The notes below the pieces were generated by a model, which made no database searches, had not been told where the DNA came from, and worked only from the letters and a program-made list of their open reading frames with translations. A stretch of 64,000 bases of DNA, taken from Schmidtea nova (lineage: Eukaryota). The position numbers and the translations under genes were made by a program. Below are positions 1-9,700 of this stretch, in pieces (the stretch's first letter is position 1; each line of letters starts with the position of its first letter). The DNA lies in assembly GCA_044892505.1 (NCBI GenBank), contig CM097882.1:442742001-442806000 (forward strand), in the 5' to 3' direction.

Positions 1-10
1 GTTTGAGCGC

Positions 11-520
11 TTGATAAAGGCTAGAAAAATGAAGAAACCGGGAAAGAAATTAGTTTCAAAGAAAGTATTTACAAAGAAAACAAAGAAACCAGTTTCAAAA
101 ACTAGTTATACACCATCTAAAAAATTACTTATTGATAATATCCCAAAAAGTAATCGTATTCAAAATACTTACAAACCAAATCCAAAACAAATACATCATC
201 GTAGTTTCTCATTTTTCAACGCATTACTTAAAGCCCCTAGTATTAGAAGAATGAGTATTTTACAATCGTTTCCTAATTACGTTATTGACGATTTACTAAT
301 GATTTTAATTAAAGTTGTTAGAGGTAAAATCAATATAAGTGAATCTAATAGAAGAGTTTTGAACAAACACAAGAAACCATTGTTATCACTTGTAAAAACC
401 AAAAATAGAAAATTAATGCGTAAAATAATATATAAACAACAAGGAGGGTTTATTGCAGCATTGTTACCATTAGCATTATCACTATTAGGAGGTGCTGGTT
501 TATTAGGAAAACAGTCATAA
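11..520 (+). CDS. Basic Polinton/adintovirus protein with C-terminal QQGGFIAALLPL motif (putative virion core protein); first ATG at 30
   Basis: K/R-rich ORF ending in HKKPLLSL...YKQQGGFIAALLPLALSLLGG, a pattern recalled from small conserved Polinton proteins. It lies directly upstream of the integrase. Confidence 0.65.
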   Translation: MIKARKMKKPGKKLVSKKVFTKKTKKPVSKTSYTPSKKLLIDNIPKSNRIQNTYKPNPKQIHHRSFSFFNALLKAPSIRRMSILQSFPNYVIDDLLMILIKVVRGKINISESNRRVLNKHKKPLLSLVKTKNRKLMRKIIYKQQGGFIAALLPLALSLLGGAGLLGKQS

Positions 521-575
521 ACAATGGGACAATCATTGCCTAATCTTAATTTAAACTTTAAATCTTCTTGTTGTA

Positions 576-1623
576 ATGGAGAAGATTTGGACCAACCCAA
601 AACACGAAGCAGGTTTCGGTGGAGTCGAAAAGCTAAGCAAAAATGTATTGAATTCGAAAAAACAGACTCAAAGTTGGTTATCGGGGCAACTTGCATACAG
701 TCTAAACAAACCGATGCTGAAACGGTTTCCGACTCGAGCATATAAAACATATAGAATTAATGATTTGTGGCAAATGGATTTGATGGAAATGATTCCGTAT
801 TCAAAAATTAACAAGGGATACAAGTATATTTTAACATGTATTGATGTTTACAGTCGTTTCGCTCGAGCTATTCCAGTAAAATCTAAATCTGCTAATGATA
901 TGGCAATCGCAATCAAAACAATGATGAAAAAGGATCGTCCAACTAATTTACAAACTGATTTGGGTAAGCTAATAAATATTTTATATAATGATAATTATTT
1001 ATCCAGGTAAGGAATTTTACAATAGCAAAGTCAAAGAAATTATAAAGGGAATCAATCATTACTCAGTATTCTCTCAATTCAAAGCCGCTCATGTTGAAAG
1101 ATTTAATCGTACATTACGAGATCGTCTCAAAAAGTATTTTGTGCATCAAGGGAATAAAACATGGATTAATGTTTTACCACAAATTATTCATAGTTATAAT
1201 CATTCTGCTCATCGAGGTATAAATGGAAAGAAACCTGCTGAAGTAGTTGATACTGAAAATATTTTGAGTGATACAAAAATAAAGAAACCAAAATATAAAA
1301 TAGGTGATCATGTTCGAATTAGTAAAATTAGCGCATCGCCATTCATTAAAAATTTTGATAGTAATTGGAGTGATGAGGTATTTCAAATATCGAAAGTCAA
1401 CACAGTCCAGAATCCTGTCATGTATACTATTTCTGATTCTGATAACAATATAGTCAGTGGAAAATTCTATAAACAAGAATTACAAGTTATTCCCCCTCCG
1501 ACAATATTTAGAATTCAAAAAATATTGAAAACTAAAATGGTCGGTAAAGATAAACAATACTACGTCAAGTGGCATGGATATAAAGAACCATCATGGATAT
1601 CGTCAAAAAACCTAGTAAAGTGA
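576..1623 (+). CDS. int: Polinton integrase (rve DDE plus C-terminal chromodomain), two exons 576-963 and 1007-1623, 334 aa
   Basis: Motifs WQMDL (D), spliced LQTDLGKEFY (D), HVERFNRTL (E), YKIGDHVRI, and the chromodomain YYVKWHGY. Removing the GT-AG intron 964-1006 joins the two listed ORFs in frame. Confidence 0.92.
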
Positions 1624-2639
1624 ATTTTTATACTTTATTACCAAGTAATAGCTGTCCGCTAATACATCCAGACAATCAAGCCAGTAAATTCATGGTCAAT
1701 CTTCAAAATCCAATTTATTTAGATGGTAATTGGGAAGTTGCATTACAAGATTTCACGTTTGTGTACAATACATTTCCATTTTATAGTCAATGTAAGATTG
1801 ATTACAAAAGAATTGAAAAAAGAACATGCAGTGGTCTATTCATCATCAACAATTTTGAAAGAATTTATAATATTCCTAACCAAAATTTGAATGTTCATTG
1901 TAGTATGTATTTCAGCAATGGTTGTTTAAATATTAATTGTGATTTTACTCCATATACAATTACATTTAAAAATATTGAAGAAGCCAAGCGAATGGGAAGT
2001 AATCAACTTAAAATTGTGAGTACACTGAAAGAATATCAATTTAAGTTCATATTATTTGAACCGAATAGTTATTTGAAAGAAGATATTACGGTGACAATAT
2101 CTTATGAGGCAGAAATTGAAGATACATTTACATTTGCAAATGATTTGTATATAGTACAATTGGAAGATTTATCTAAATATTTATCATTCAATTGTTCCCA
2201 TATCTTTAAAACTCTAGAGATTAATAAATGGTTCCAATTCTGTCTCAATGATAATATTAGTGAAGTTACATTTGATAAAAACTTGGTCAATACTTTAGGA
2301 TTAGCTAAACAAACGTATAGAGACCGAAACCTTATCGATGGGACTGTGAAACCTAAAATACTTGTTCATCATCAACAAATGTTCATTTACAGTAACATTA
2401 TTGAACCAATAATTGTCGGTGATTCTCTGGTTCCTCTACTGAAATCTGTATGGATCGAAAAATATGAACAGAATGAAGTTGTACAAATAGTAATGGATAA
2501 TCCAATGTACTTACCTATTTCTACCTCATGTATAAACAATATAGAAATAAATATACGTGACGATAGTGGTAAATTAATAAATTTTCCAAAAGATTCAAAA
2601 ACACATTTGACATTACATTTTCGTAAATTAAATGAGTAA
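1593..2639 (+). CDS. Minor capsid protein (penton, single jelly-roll; PX-type)
   Basis: N-terminal LPSNS..DNQASKFMVNLQNPIYLDGNWEVAL and C-terminal FIYSNIIEPIIVGDSLVPLLK..PMYLPI..IEINIRDDSG..LTLHFRK, both typical of Polinton minor capsids. Confidence 0.85.
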   Translation: MDIVKKPSKVNFYTLLPSNSCPLIHPDNQASKFMVNLQNPIYLDGNWEVALQDFTFVYNTFPFYSQCKIDYKRIEKRTCSGLFIINNFERIYNIPNQNLNVHCSMYFSNGCLNINCDFTPYTITFKNIEEAKRMGSNQLKIVSTLKEYQFKFILFEPNSYLKEDITVTISYEAEIEDTFTFANDLYIVQLEDLSKYLSFNCSHIFKTLEINKWFQFCLNDNISEVTFDKNLVNTLGLAKQTYRDRNLIDGTVKPKILVHHQQMFIYSNIIEPIIVGDSLVPLLKSVWIEKYEQNEVVQIVMDNPMYLPISTSCINNIEINIRDDSGKLINFPKDSKTHLTLHFRKLNE

Positions 2640-2997
2640 TCCCGATATAATTTCATTGTATAGTAATAGCCAAACCGGTGGTGAATTACCGTATTTTGTA
2701 GGTAAGCAGTATGGATCAGGTTGGTTGAAAACTATTGGTAGATTCGCACTTCCAATTCTTAAACGACTAGGTAGTTTTGGAATGAAAACTGCTAGAGATG
2801 TTATCATGAAAGACCAGAAAATATTGCCTTCATTGAAAACGAATGCTATGGATGCTGTTTCAAAAGCGATTCCTTCAATTACAAATATGTTTACAAAAAA
2901 TGAACCAGAACCTGAACCAGTAGAACCAAAACGTAAAAAAGGTAGAAAGCGTATAAACAATCGAATGAAAGGACATGGAACTATATTTGAAGAATGA
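2632..2997 (+). CDS. Small Polinton structural protein with QTGG/QYGSG motifs and an amphipathic helix (adenovirus pVI-like by analogy)
   Basis: LYSNSQTGGELPYFVGKQYGSGWLKTIGRFALPILKRLG followed by a basic tail; lies between penton and major capsid with overlapping start/stop codons. Confidence 0.65.
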   Translation: MSNPDIISLYSNSQTGGELPYFVGKQYGSGWLKTIGRFALPILKRLGSFGMKTARDVIMKDQKILPSLKTNAMDAVSKAIPSITNMFTKNEPEPEPVEPKRKKGRKRINNRMKGHGTIFEE

Positions 2998-4214
2998 TTT
3001 GCGGTAAATCTGAATTATGTCTTTTTGATCGACCATCTCCCCAAGCAGTTATTGAATATGGGGTGTTTGAAGAGGTGTTTCCAATGAATTCCATTACAGA
3101 TAGTAGAAATGATATCGAATTTTACATTAACGGTTCACAAACCGAATATTTAGATTTGAATGATACTTTATTATTCGTTACTGTCAAAGTTGTAGATAAA
3201 GATAAAAAACAATTAGCTGATGCTAGTGATGTAGTACCTAATAATTACCTGTTTCATACACTTTTCAAAGATGCAATTCTTGGATTTAATAATATAAAAG
3301 TTGAAGGTGGAAACAATACATATGCGCACAAGGCAATAATTGAAACTATTTTAAATTATACTAGTGATGCAAAAGAAACTTGTCTTACTCCAATGGGATA
3401 CGGCGCATCTGACGATAGAAAAAAGTGGATTAAAGGATCGAAACTTTTCAACATGTGTTCATCATTACAACTAGATTTTTTGGATCAACCTAAATATTTA
3501 CTTCCGGGAGTTAATGTACATATTAGATTGAAGAGATCTGATTCTGCATTATCATTGGCATCTACAGCTGGGAAACCAATAATATAAATAGTAGATGCAA
3601 AATTAATGGTACGAAGAGTTCGATGTGAATCTTCAGTATTAGCTGGACATCAAATTGGATTAAATAACAAACATGCAATTTATCCGATAAAATCAAAAGA
3701 AATTGTATCTTTTGCAATCGGTAAAGGGGCATCATCATTTTACAAGGAGCAAATATTTGGAGATAGAAGAATGCCTAATTTCATTCTTGTAGCTTTTCAA
3801 ACTGAAAATCAATATAACGGATCTTATTCTGCTTCTTCATCTACATTCAAACATTTCAATGTAACATCATTATCTCTGTCAAAAAATACAGATTATCGGG
3901 AAACTTATAATCAAGATTTTGAAAATGATAATTTTAGTGCCACATATATGCAAAGTCTTGTCCGGAATTTAGGATATTTGGATAAAAACTTGAATTGTGG
4001 TATAAGTCTAGATGAATTTAAATCAAGTTATCCATTCTTTACGTTTGTTCTTGCTCCTGATTTCGATTTGAATCAAAGTCAAATCCCTCAAAATGGAAAT
4101 TTACGATTAGATATCAAATTTGGTAAAGCCATTGAGGAACCGGTTCATGTAATAATATATGGAGTTTTTGAAAATGAAATCCAAATTACTGCAAATCGAA
4201 CAGTATTAGTTTGA
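2994..4214 (+). pseudogene. Major capsid protein (double jelly-roll; PY-type) with one in-frame TAA at 3585-3587
   Basis: Motifs KSELCLF, IEFYINGSQTEYLDLNDT, YLLPGVNVHIRLKRS, MPNFILVAF, GNLRLDIKF. ORFs 2994-3587 and 3606-4214 are in the same frame (612 nt apart) and separated only by the stop. Confidence 0.85.
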
Positions 4215-4279
4215 GCTCAAACATCACTGGTTTGAACTCTTATAGTAAAAATGAACCAAATCACTATAGTAAAATTATC

Positions 4280-4662
4280 ATGGAGTAAGATTTTAATTTG
4301 TAAAAATAATTAATTAAATTAGTTCAATTCAGGTATATAGACTTGGCAAAAAACTATTGGGAAATCAATTTATTGGAGTTTATCCCTTAGATAAAATTCC
4401 TTATCTGGATGTTAATCAAGCTATCATCGTAAATACTCAGACATCTACTTTGGGTGGTGAACATTGGATTGCTGTTTACGTTAAACCAGATCGAATATAT
4501 GCATTTGATCCATTTGGATGTTATTATCCCAATTTATTAGTTAGTAAATTGCAAACTTTGGGTAAACCGATTGTATACAATAGAATTCGATATCAACATC
4601 CATTAACAATTACTTGTGGTCAACATTGTCTTGCATGGTTATTATCCATGTTAAATGTATAA
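4280..4662 (+). CDS. pro: Adenain-like cysteine protease, two exons 4280-4284 and 4323-4662, 114 aa
   Basis: Catalytic pattern GEHW (H), FDPFG (D), YQ (Q), TCGQHC (C). Splicing 4285-4322 gives MDSIQVYRLGKKLLGNQFIGVYPLDKIP, a family-typical N-terminus. Confidence 0.85.
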
Positions 4663-4694
4663 ACAATTTAATAAAAATAAAATTTAGTATAAAA

Positions 4695-5081
4695 ATGACT
4701 TGTTATTTTATTGATTTTATAGGAATTTACAATAATGGAAGATTAATTATTAATGAATTATGTATTATAAACGTTAATAATATTTTTAGACCTAAATATT
4801 ACATATATAATAAAGTTTGTAGTGAGTGGTATGAGGAGGAAGATTACTTTTGTCCAACATGTATTATGAAAGATATTGAAGATAGTAATGCTATTTTCTA
4901 TGTCACGGATATGGATAAACTTATTGCTTTGAAGAAATATTTTCCCACTTTGAGACTAATCAAATATAATTTAAAAGAAATTGAAGATGTTCCAGATAAT
5001 ATTTCTTGTCCCTATAGAGACCATAGTATGTGTGCCTATAAAGAATGTTTGCGTAGTGTTATAGATTATTTAAAGTCATAA
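4695..5081 (+). CDS. Degenerate DEDD/DnaQ-like exonuclease-fold protein, probably inactive
   Basis: FIDFIG..IINELCII resembles the Exo I pattern but lacks the Glu; C-terminal CPYRDHSMCAYKEC cluster resembles small Polinton exonuclease-like ORFs. ATG at 4695 and a polyA signal near 5097. Confidence 0.5.
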   Translation: MTCYFIDFIGIYNNGRLIINELCIINVNNIFRPKYYIYNKVCSEWYEEEDYFCPTCIMKDIEDSNAIFYVTDMDKLIALKKYFPTLRLIKYNLKEIEDVPDNISCPYRDHSMCAYKECLRSVIDYLKS

Positions 5082-5483
5082 ATATATTGTTATTTCAATA
5101 AATTTATTTCATTGTATTAATGTCTTTTATTATTATTATTTAATGAATATTATTATTTGCAAACTAACAAAGTTAACAAAGACTAGATAAAGTCGACAAT
5201 GACGTCAGAGGTCATGAACTCACATGTCTTTATGAATTCACATGGAAACTGACATGACATCATATGTTATATTGACACACATACTAGTATTATAAACACG
5301 TCAGTGTAATAACCATAAAGAAATATATGTGTGCGTATATTTCTCTCACCTAAAACGTATTTGATTGGCCGGTAAATAACCGTTGAAATATTTTAGTTAT
5401 ATACACTATCTTTTCATTTTTCATCACTTTTTAACAACCAATTTTACTATTGCATTCAATTTAATTAAAATCTCTCAATCAAC

Positions 5484-5966
5484 ATGCTGAATAATATTAA
5501 AAATATAACAAAGAAGAATGTCGCCGCCATGGGTAATTTTATTTTTTATTTTATTATATTATCTTTAAATTATTTCAATTTTCAGCAGCTTCGAATGATT
5601 CCAAGTTGAAGTATGAAGCCCCAGTAAATATTGTTTTAGGGCAAAATGGTATTTATTTTTATTTTAAATATATTTTTTAAAATTTAAAATTTTAGAAATT
5701 CGACAAGTTAAATCAAATTTATTCAGACCGATAGACCAACGCGGACGCATTTTTCCCGCTGATATTGATGCCGAATATACTAATGGTAATTTATTATTTA
5801 ATATTATATATTGTTATTTTAGAAATTATTTTAGAAAATAATGACGAATGTAGAAAATCGTCGAAACAATTTAATAATAATGATGAAGATATGCCAAAGA
5901 ATTCGGAGGAAATATATAATATTTCGGATGATGATGATATTTTGAATGAAAATGAATCTGATAAAT
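5484..5966 (+). CDS. Hidden spliced gene of unknown function: exons 5484-5532, 5586-5648, 5696-5785, 5823-5966 (3' end unresolved)
   Basis: Three AT-rich GT-AG introns (53, 47, 37 nt), all phase 1. The spliced frame is open for 115 codons (MLNNIKNITKKNVAAMAASNDSKLKYEAPVNIVLGQNEIRQVKSNLFRPIDQRGRIFPADIDAEYTNEIILENNDEC...ESDK), and a strong GTAAGT donor follows at 5967. Confidence 0.75.
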
Positions 5967-6714
5967 GTAAGTTTTTATTCTATTTTTATAGCATTTTGAA
6001 ATACCTTTTTAATTTTATAATATATAATTAATAATTTTATAATATGTAATAAATGATTTTCTTAATATTAATAATAATAATTTTACTANNNNNNNNNNNN
6101 NNNNNNNNNNNNNNNNNNNNNNNNNNNNNNNNNNNNNNNNNNNNNNNNNNNNNNNNNNNNNNNNNNNNNNNNNNNNNNNNNNNNNNNNNNNNNNNNNNNN
6201 NNNNNNNNNNNNNNNNNNNNNNNNNNNNNNNNNNNNNNNNNNNNNNNNNNNNNNNNNNNNNNNNNNNNNNNNNNNNNNNNNNNNNNNNNNNNNNNNNNNN
6301 NNNNNNNNNNNNNNNNNNNNNNNNNNNNNNNNNNNNNNNNNNNNNNNNNNNNNNNNNNNNNNNNNNNNNNNNNNNNNNNNNNNNNNNNNNNNNNNNNNNN
6401 NNNAAATAATTTATGATATTATTTTAATAATTTTAAACTATTTAAGATATTTCAAGACATATCATAGTAAATTCGTTACTATAATATTTCTTCAAATATT
6501 TTAAACTTACTATTTCAAGTTATTTTTATAATAATAATAATAATTTACGTTATCTCACGATGAAATCGAGATAATGTACAAATATTTTATAATACTATTT
6601 TAATTCAATTTTAATTGTATAATTTTAATTTTATATTCTATTTTAATAATAATAATAAACATTTTATAATTTTCTCCTGTATATTCAGGCTCTCTATACC
6701 CTAAATATTGCAAC

Positions 6715-9700
6715 ATGTCAGGTAGACACAGCACTCAATGTCACAAACTCATGACTGTTTATTATCGTCAGAAGTTTAATGGCATTGATTACTATATATG
6801 TCCAAAATGTGAGACTTCACAATCCCTACCCTACTCTGATTTTTATTCTAAACATCATGAGCATCTTACACAATTTTTCAAATCGAAAAAACTTATTTTT
6901 AAAAAATGTAAAAATCAATCTTCTTCGTCGATTAAGGTATCTACTGAGAAATCGTCTTCGGTTAAAATTTCGTCGAATAATGTATCTGTTGATAATTCTT
7001 CTAAGAATAAATTACTCAATAATTTATTAAATAATTCAGACGTTCAAATTATTAATATAAATAATAATAATAATAATAATATCAAGAAAAGACCTGCTGA
7101 TAAAATTAAAATTATTGCACCTAAAAAATATAAACCAGAAGTAATTATAATTAGCGACGATGAGGAAATTATTAATCAAATAGGAGGATCTATTGATATC
7201 GACGATGAGCCTGTAGTGGAAAAAGACTTAAGGGGATCTCGACGCTCGTTAACTTTTAATGTTGAATCCCATAATATTAATCAAATTGCTGTCACAGAAA
7301 AAATTTCTGTGCGGTTAAATAAAGAAATTATCAAAATGGGGAACGTAAAAATTCAATTCGCCCTTAATATTGAATTTGAAAAAGATGGGGTCTTTAAGAA
7401 TGAATTTTTGTCCACTAAAGCTGAGATCTTTTCAGATAATTTCTTAATAGAAAGCATTAGGAAATTAAATAATAAAATAGAAAATTTTACACAACGGGGT
7501 AGCGGCTGGATTGTTAATAAAATAATGGAAATCCATTTTATTTTGACAAAAATTTCTACCATGAATCGATTATCTGGCCACGGACATTTTGAAACTCCTA
7601 GCCCATTAAAAAATAAAAGGGCAATTATAAATGTAAAAAATTCAGATGATTTATGTTTTATATATAGTGTTTTGGCTATAACAAAATATAATTTAATCGT
7701 TAATAATCATAGTTCAGCCTCGAGTTATGTACCGTATTTAAATGATTTAGTTTTTGACCCTTTAAAAGACTGTCCCATGAAATTATGTAATATCCCTAAA
7801 TTCGAAAATAATAACCCTGGCTTAGCCATTAATGTGCTATCTTATAACCCTAAAGTGATTAGAAATAACAATATAGATATAGAAGATGATGATTATGTTC
7901 CTCATCATCCCCACTTGGAAATAATCCATCGCACAAAATTAAATCATTTAAACCCTATTTATCTTTTATTATTAGAAGATAAGGGAATTTTCCATTATAC
8001 TGCAGTTATTAATCTGCAAAGGTTAATGAACAGTAGTATAAATAGTACAGTTACCAATAGGATTCAGTCGATATGGTGTCCCAGATGTTTAAACGGTTTC
8101 CGTATTCAGGAAACCTTTGATAAGCATTTTAATTTATGTAAAAATAATCAAATAGGTGCAACCCTTTATAGTCTACCAAAAAATAAATATTTAGAATTTA
8201 AGGACTATTCCAAAACCGTAACCCCACCTTTCGTAATTTATGCTGACTTTGAGTCAATTTTACCGGGTGATGACAGGTATCACCAAAAACATTTACCGAT
8301 ATCAGCAGGTCTATTACTTTTAAATAATTTAAATAATTCAAAATCATATTATGAATTTATAGGTCTTGAATGTGTGTTAGAATTTTTAAAGAAAGTGGAG
8401 GAAATTGCTGTCACAATAGTACTCCCGTATTATGATTTATTCGGAAATACTCCATTAGGGCCTTTATCATTTGCTGAGCAGGAAGCTTTTAGGACTTGTT
8501 CAAATTGTTATTTATGTAAGAAACCAATTAGAAATAGAGTTCGTGATCACGATCACTTTTCCGGTAGATATCTTGGCGCTGCTTGCAACATTTGTAATAT
8601 TTCCCGTAGAATTAGAAAACACTTACCTGTTATTTTTCATAATTTGAAAGGTTATGACCTACATCACATTTTGAAGTATGGTCTGTCTGATTGTTCATCT
8701 TGGGAATTAAATATTATTCCGACTACTACAGAGAAATTTATTTCTCTTATAGCTCACATTGATAAACTTGCTGTTAGGTTTATTGACAGTTATCAATTTG
8801 TATCAGAGTCTTTAGGTAATGCGGTTAAAACTCTGTCAGTTTTTCCCTTAACATCTTCAGTTTTCACTGGTTCAATTATGGATTGTAAGGGTATTTTCCC
8901 TTTTAATTTTGCTACGAGTCTTGAAGTCCTAGAATCCACTCTTGAATTGCCTCCGATTTGGGCTAAGGTGTCTGAGGCTGATTATTTACGAGCTCAACAA
9001 ATTTGGACTGAAAATAATTGTCTCAACTTGTTAGACTATATGAAGGTTTATCTAAAGTTGGATGTATTTCTTCTAGCGGATTACTTTCAACAATTTCGAG
9101 CTAAGTCCATTGCTCACAATGGCTTAGATCCCTTAAATTTTTATGGTATTCCCGGTATGAGTTGGGCATCTGCTTTGATGACTTTGAAGGAACCCATTGA
9201 ACTCCTTCAAGACATGGAAATGTATAATTTCTATGAGGGAGGAATACGGGGTGGTTTGACATTCGTCAACAAAAAGTATGTAAAGACTGATGATGACACT
9301 GAGCTTTTATATATAGATATTAATAATCTATATGGTTGGGCTCTTAGCCAAAATCTTCCTTTTAGTGATTTTAGGTGGGTACATAATGATCTTGATAATA
9401 TCTTGACCGAATGCATGTCGACGGATATTGATAATCTTTCATATGGTTACACTATGGAAGTTGATATCATTGTTCCTGAAAACATGCATGTGTTTTTGGA
9501 TGATTTCCCTGTTGCTCCGGAAAAGATGTACCCACCAGGTTCGAAAGTTGACAAGTTAATGCTTACACATTATCCGAAGTATAACTATGTCATACATTGG
9601 AGACTGTTGAAGATGTTTGTTTCTCTTGGGGTTCAGGTAGTTAAAATTCATAGAGCGATTAGATTTAAGCAATCGAAAATCTTTAAGGCTTACATCGATA

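Noticed and set aside
964-1010. Integrase treated as a frameshifted pseudogene
   Set aside because: A canonical GT-AG intron restores the exact catalytic motif.
277-2960. Antisense ORFs over Polinton genes (277-750, 1174-1476, 2102-2290, 2387-2656, 2628-2960)
   Set aside because: Shadows of the + strand coding sequence with no motifs.
3558-3591. Small intron removing the major capsid stop codon
   Set aside because: No GT donor is available; a GC-AG option is weak and a single substitution explains the stop more simply.
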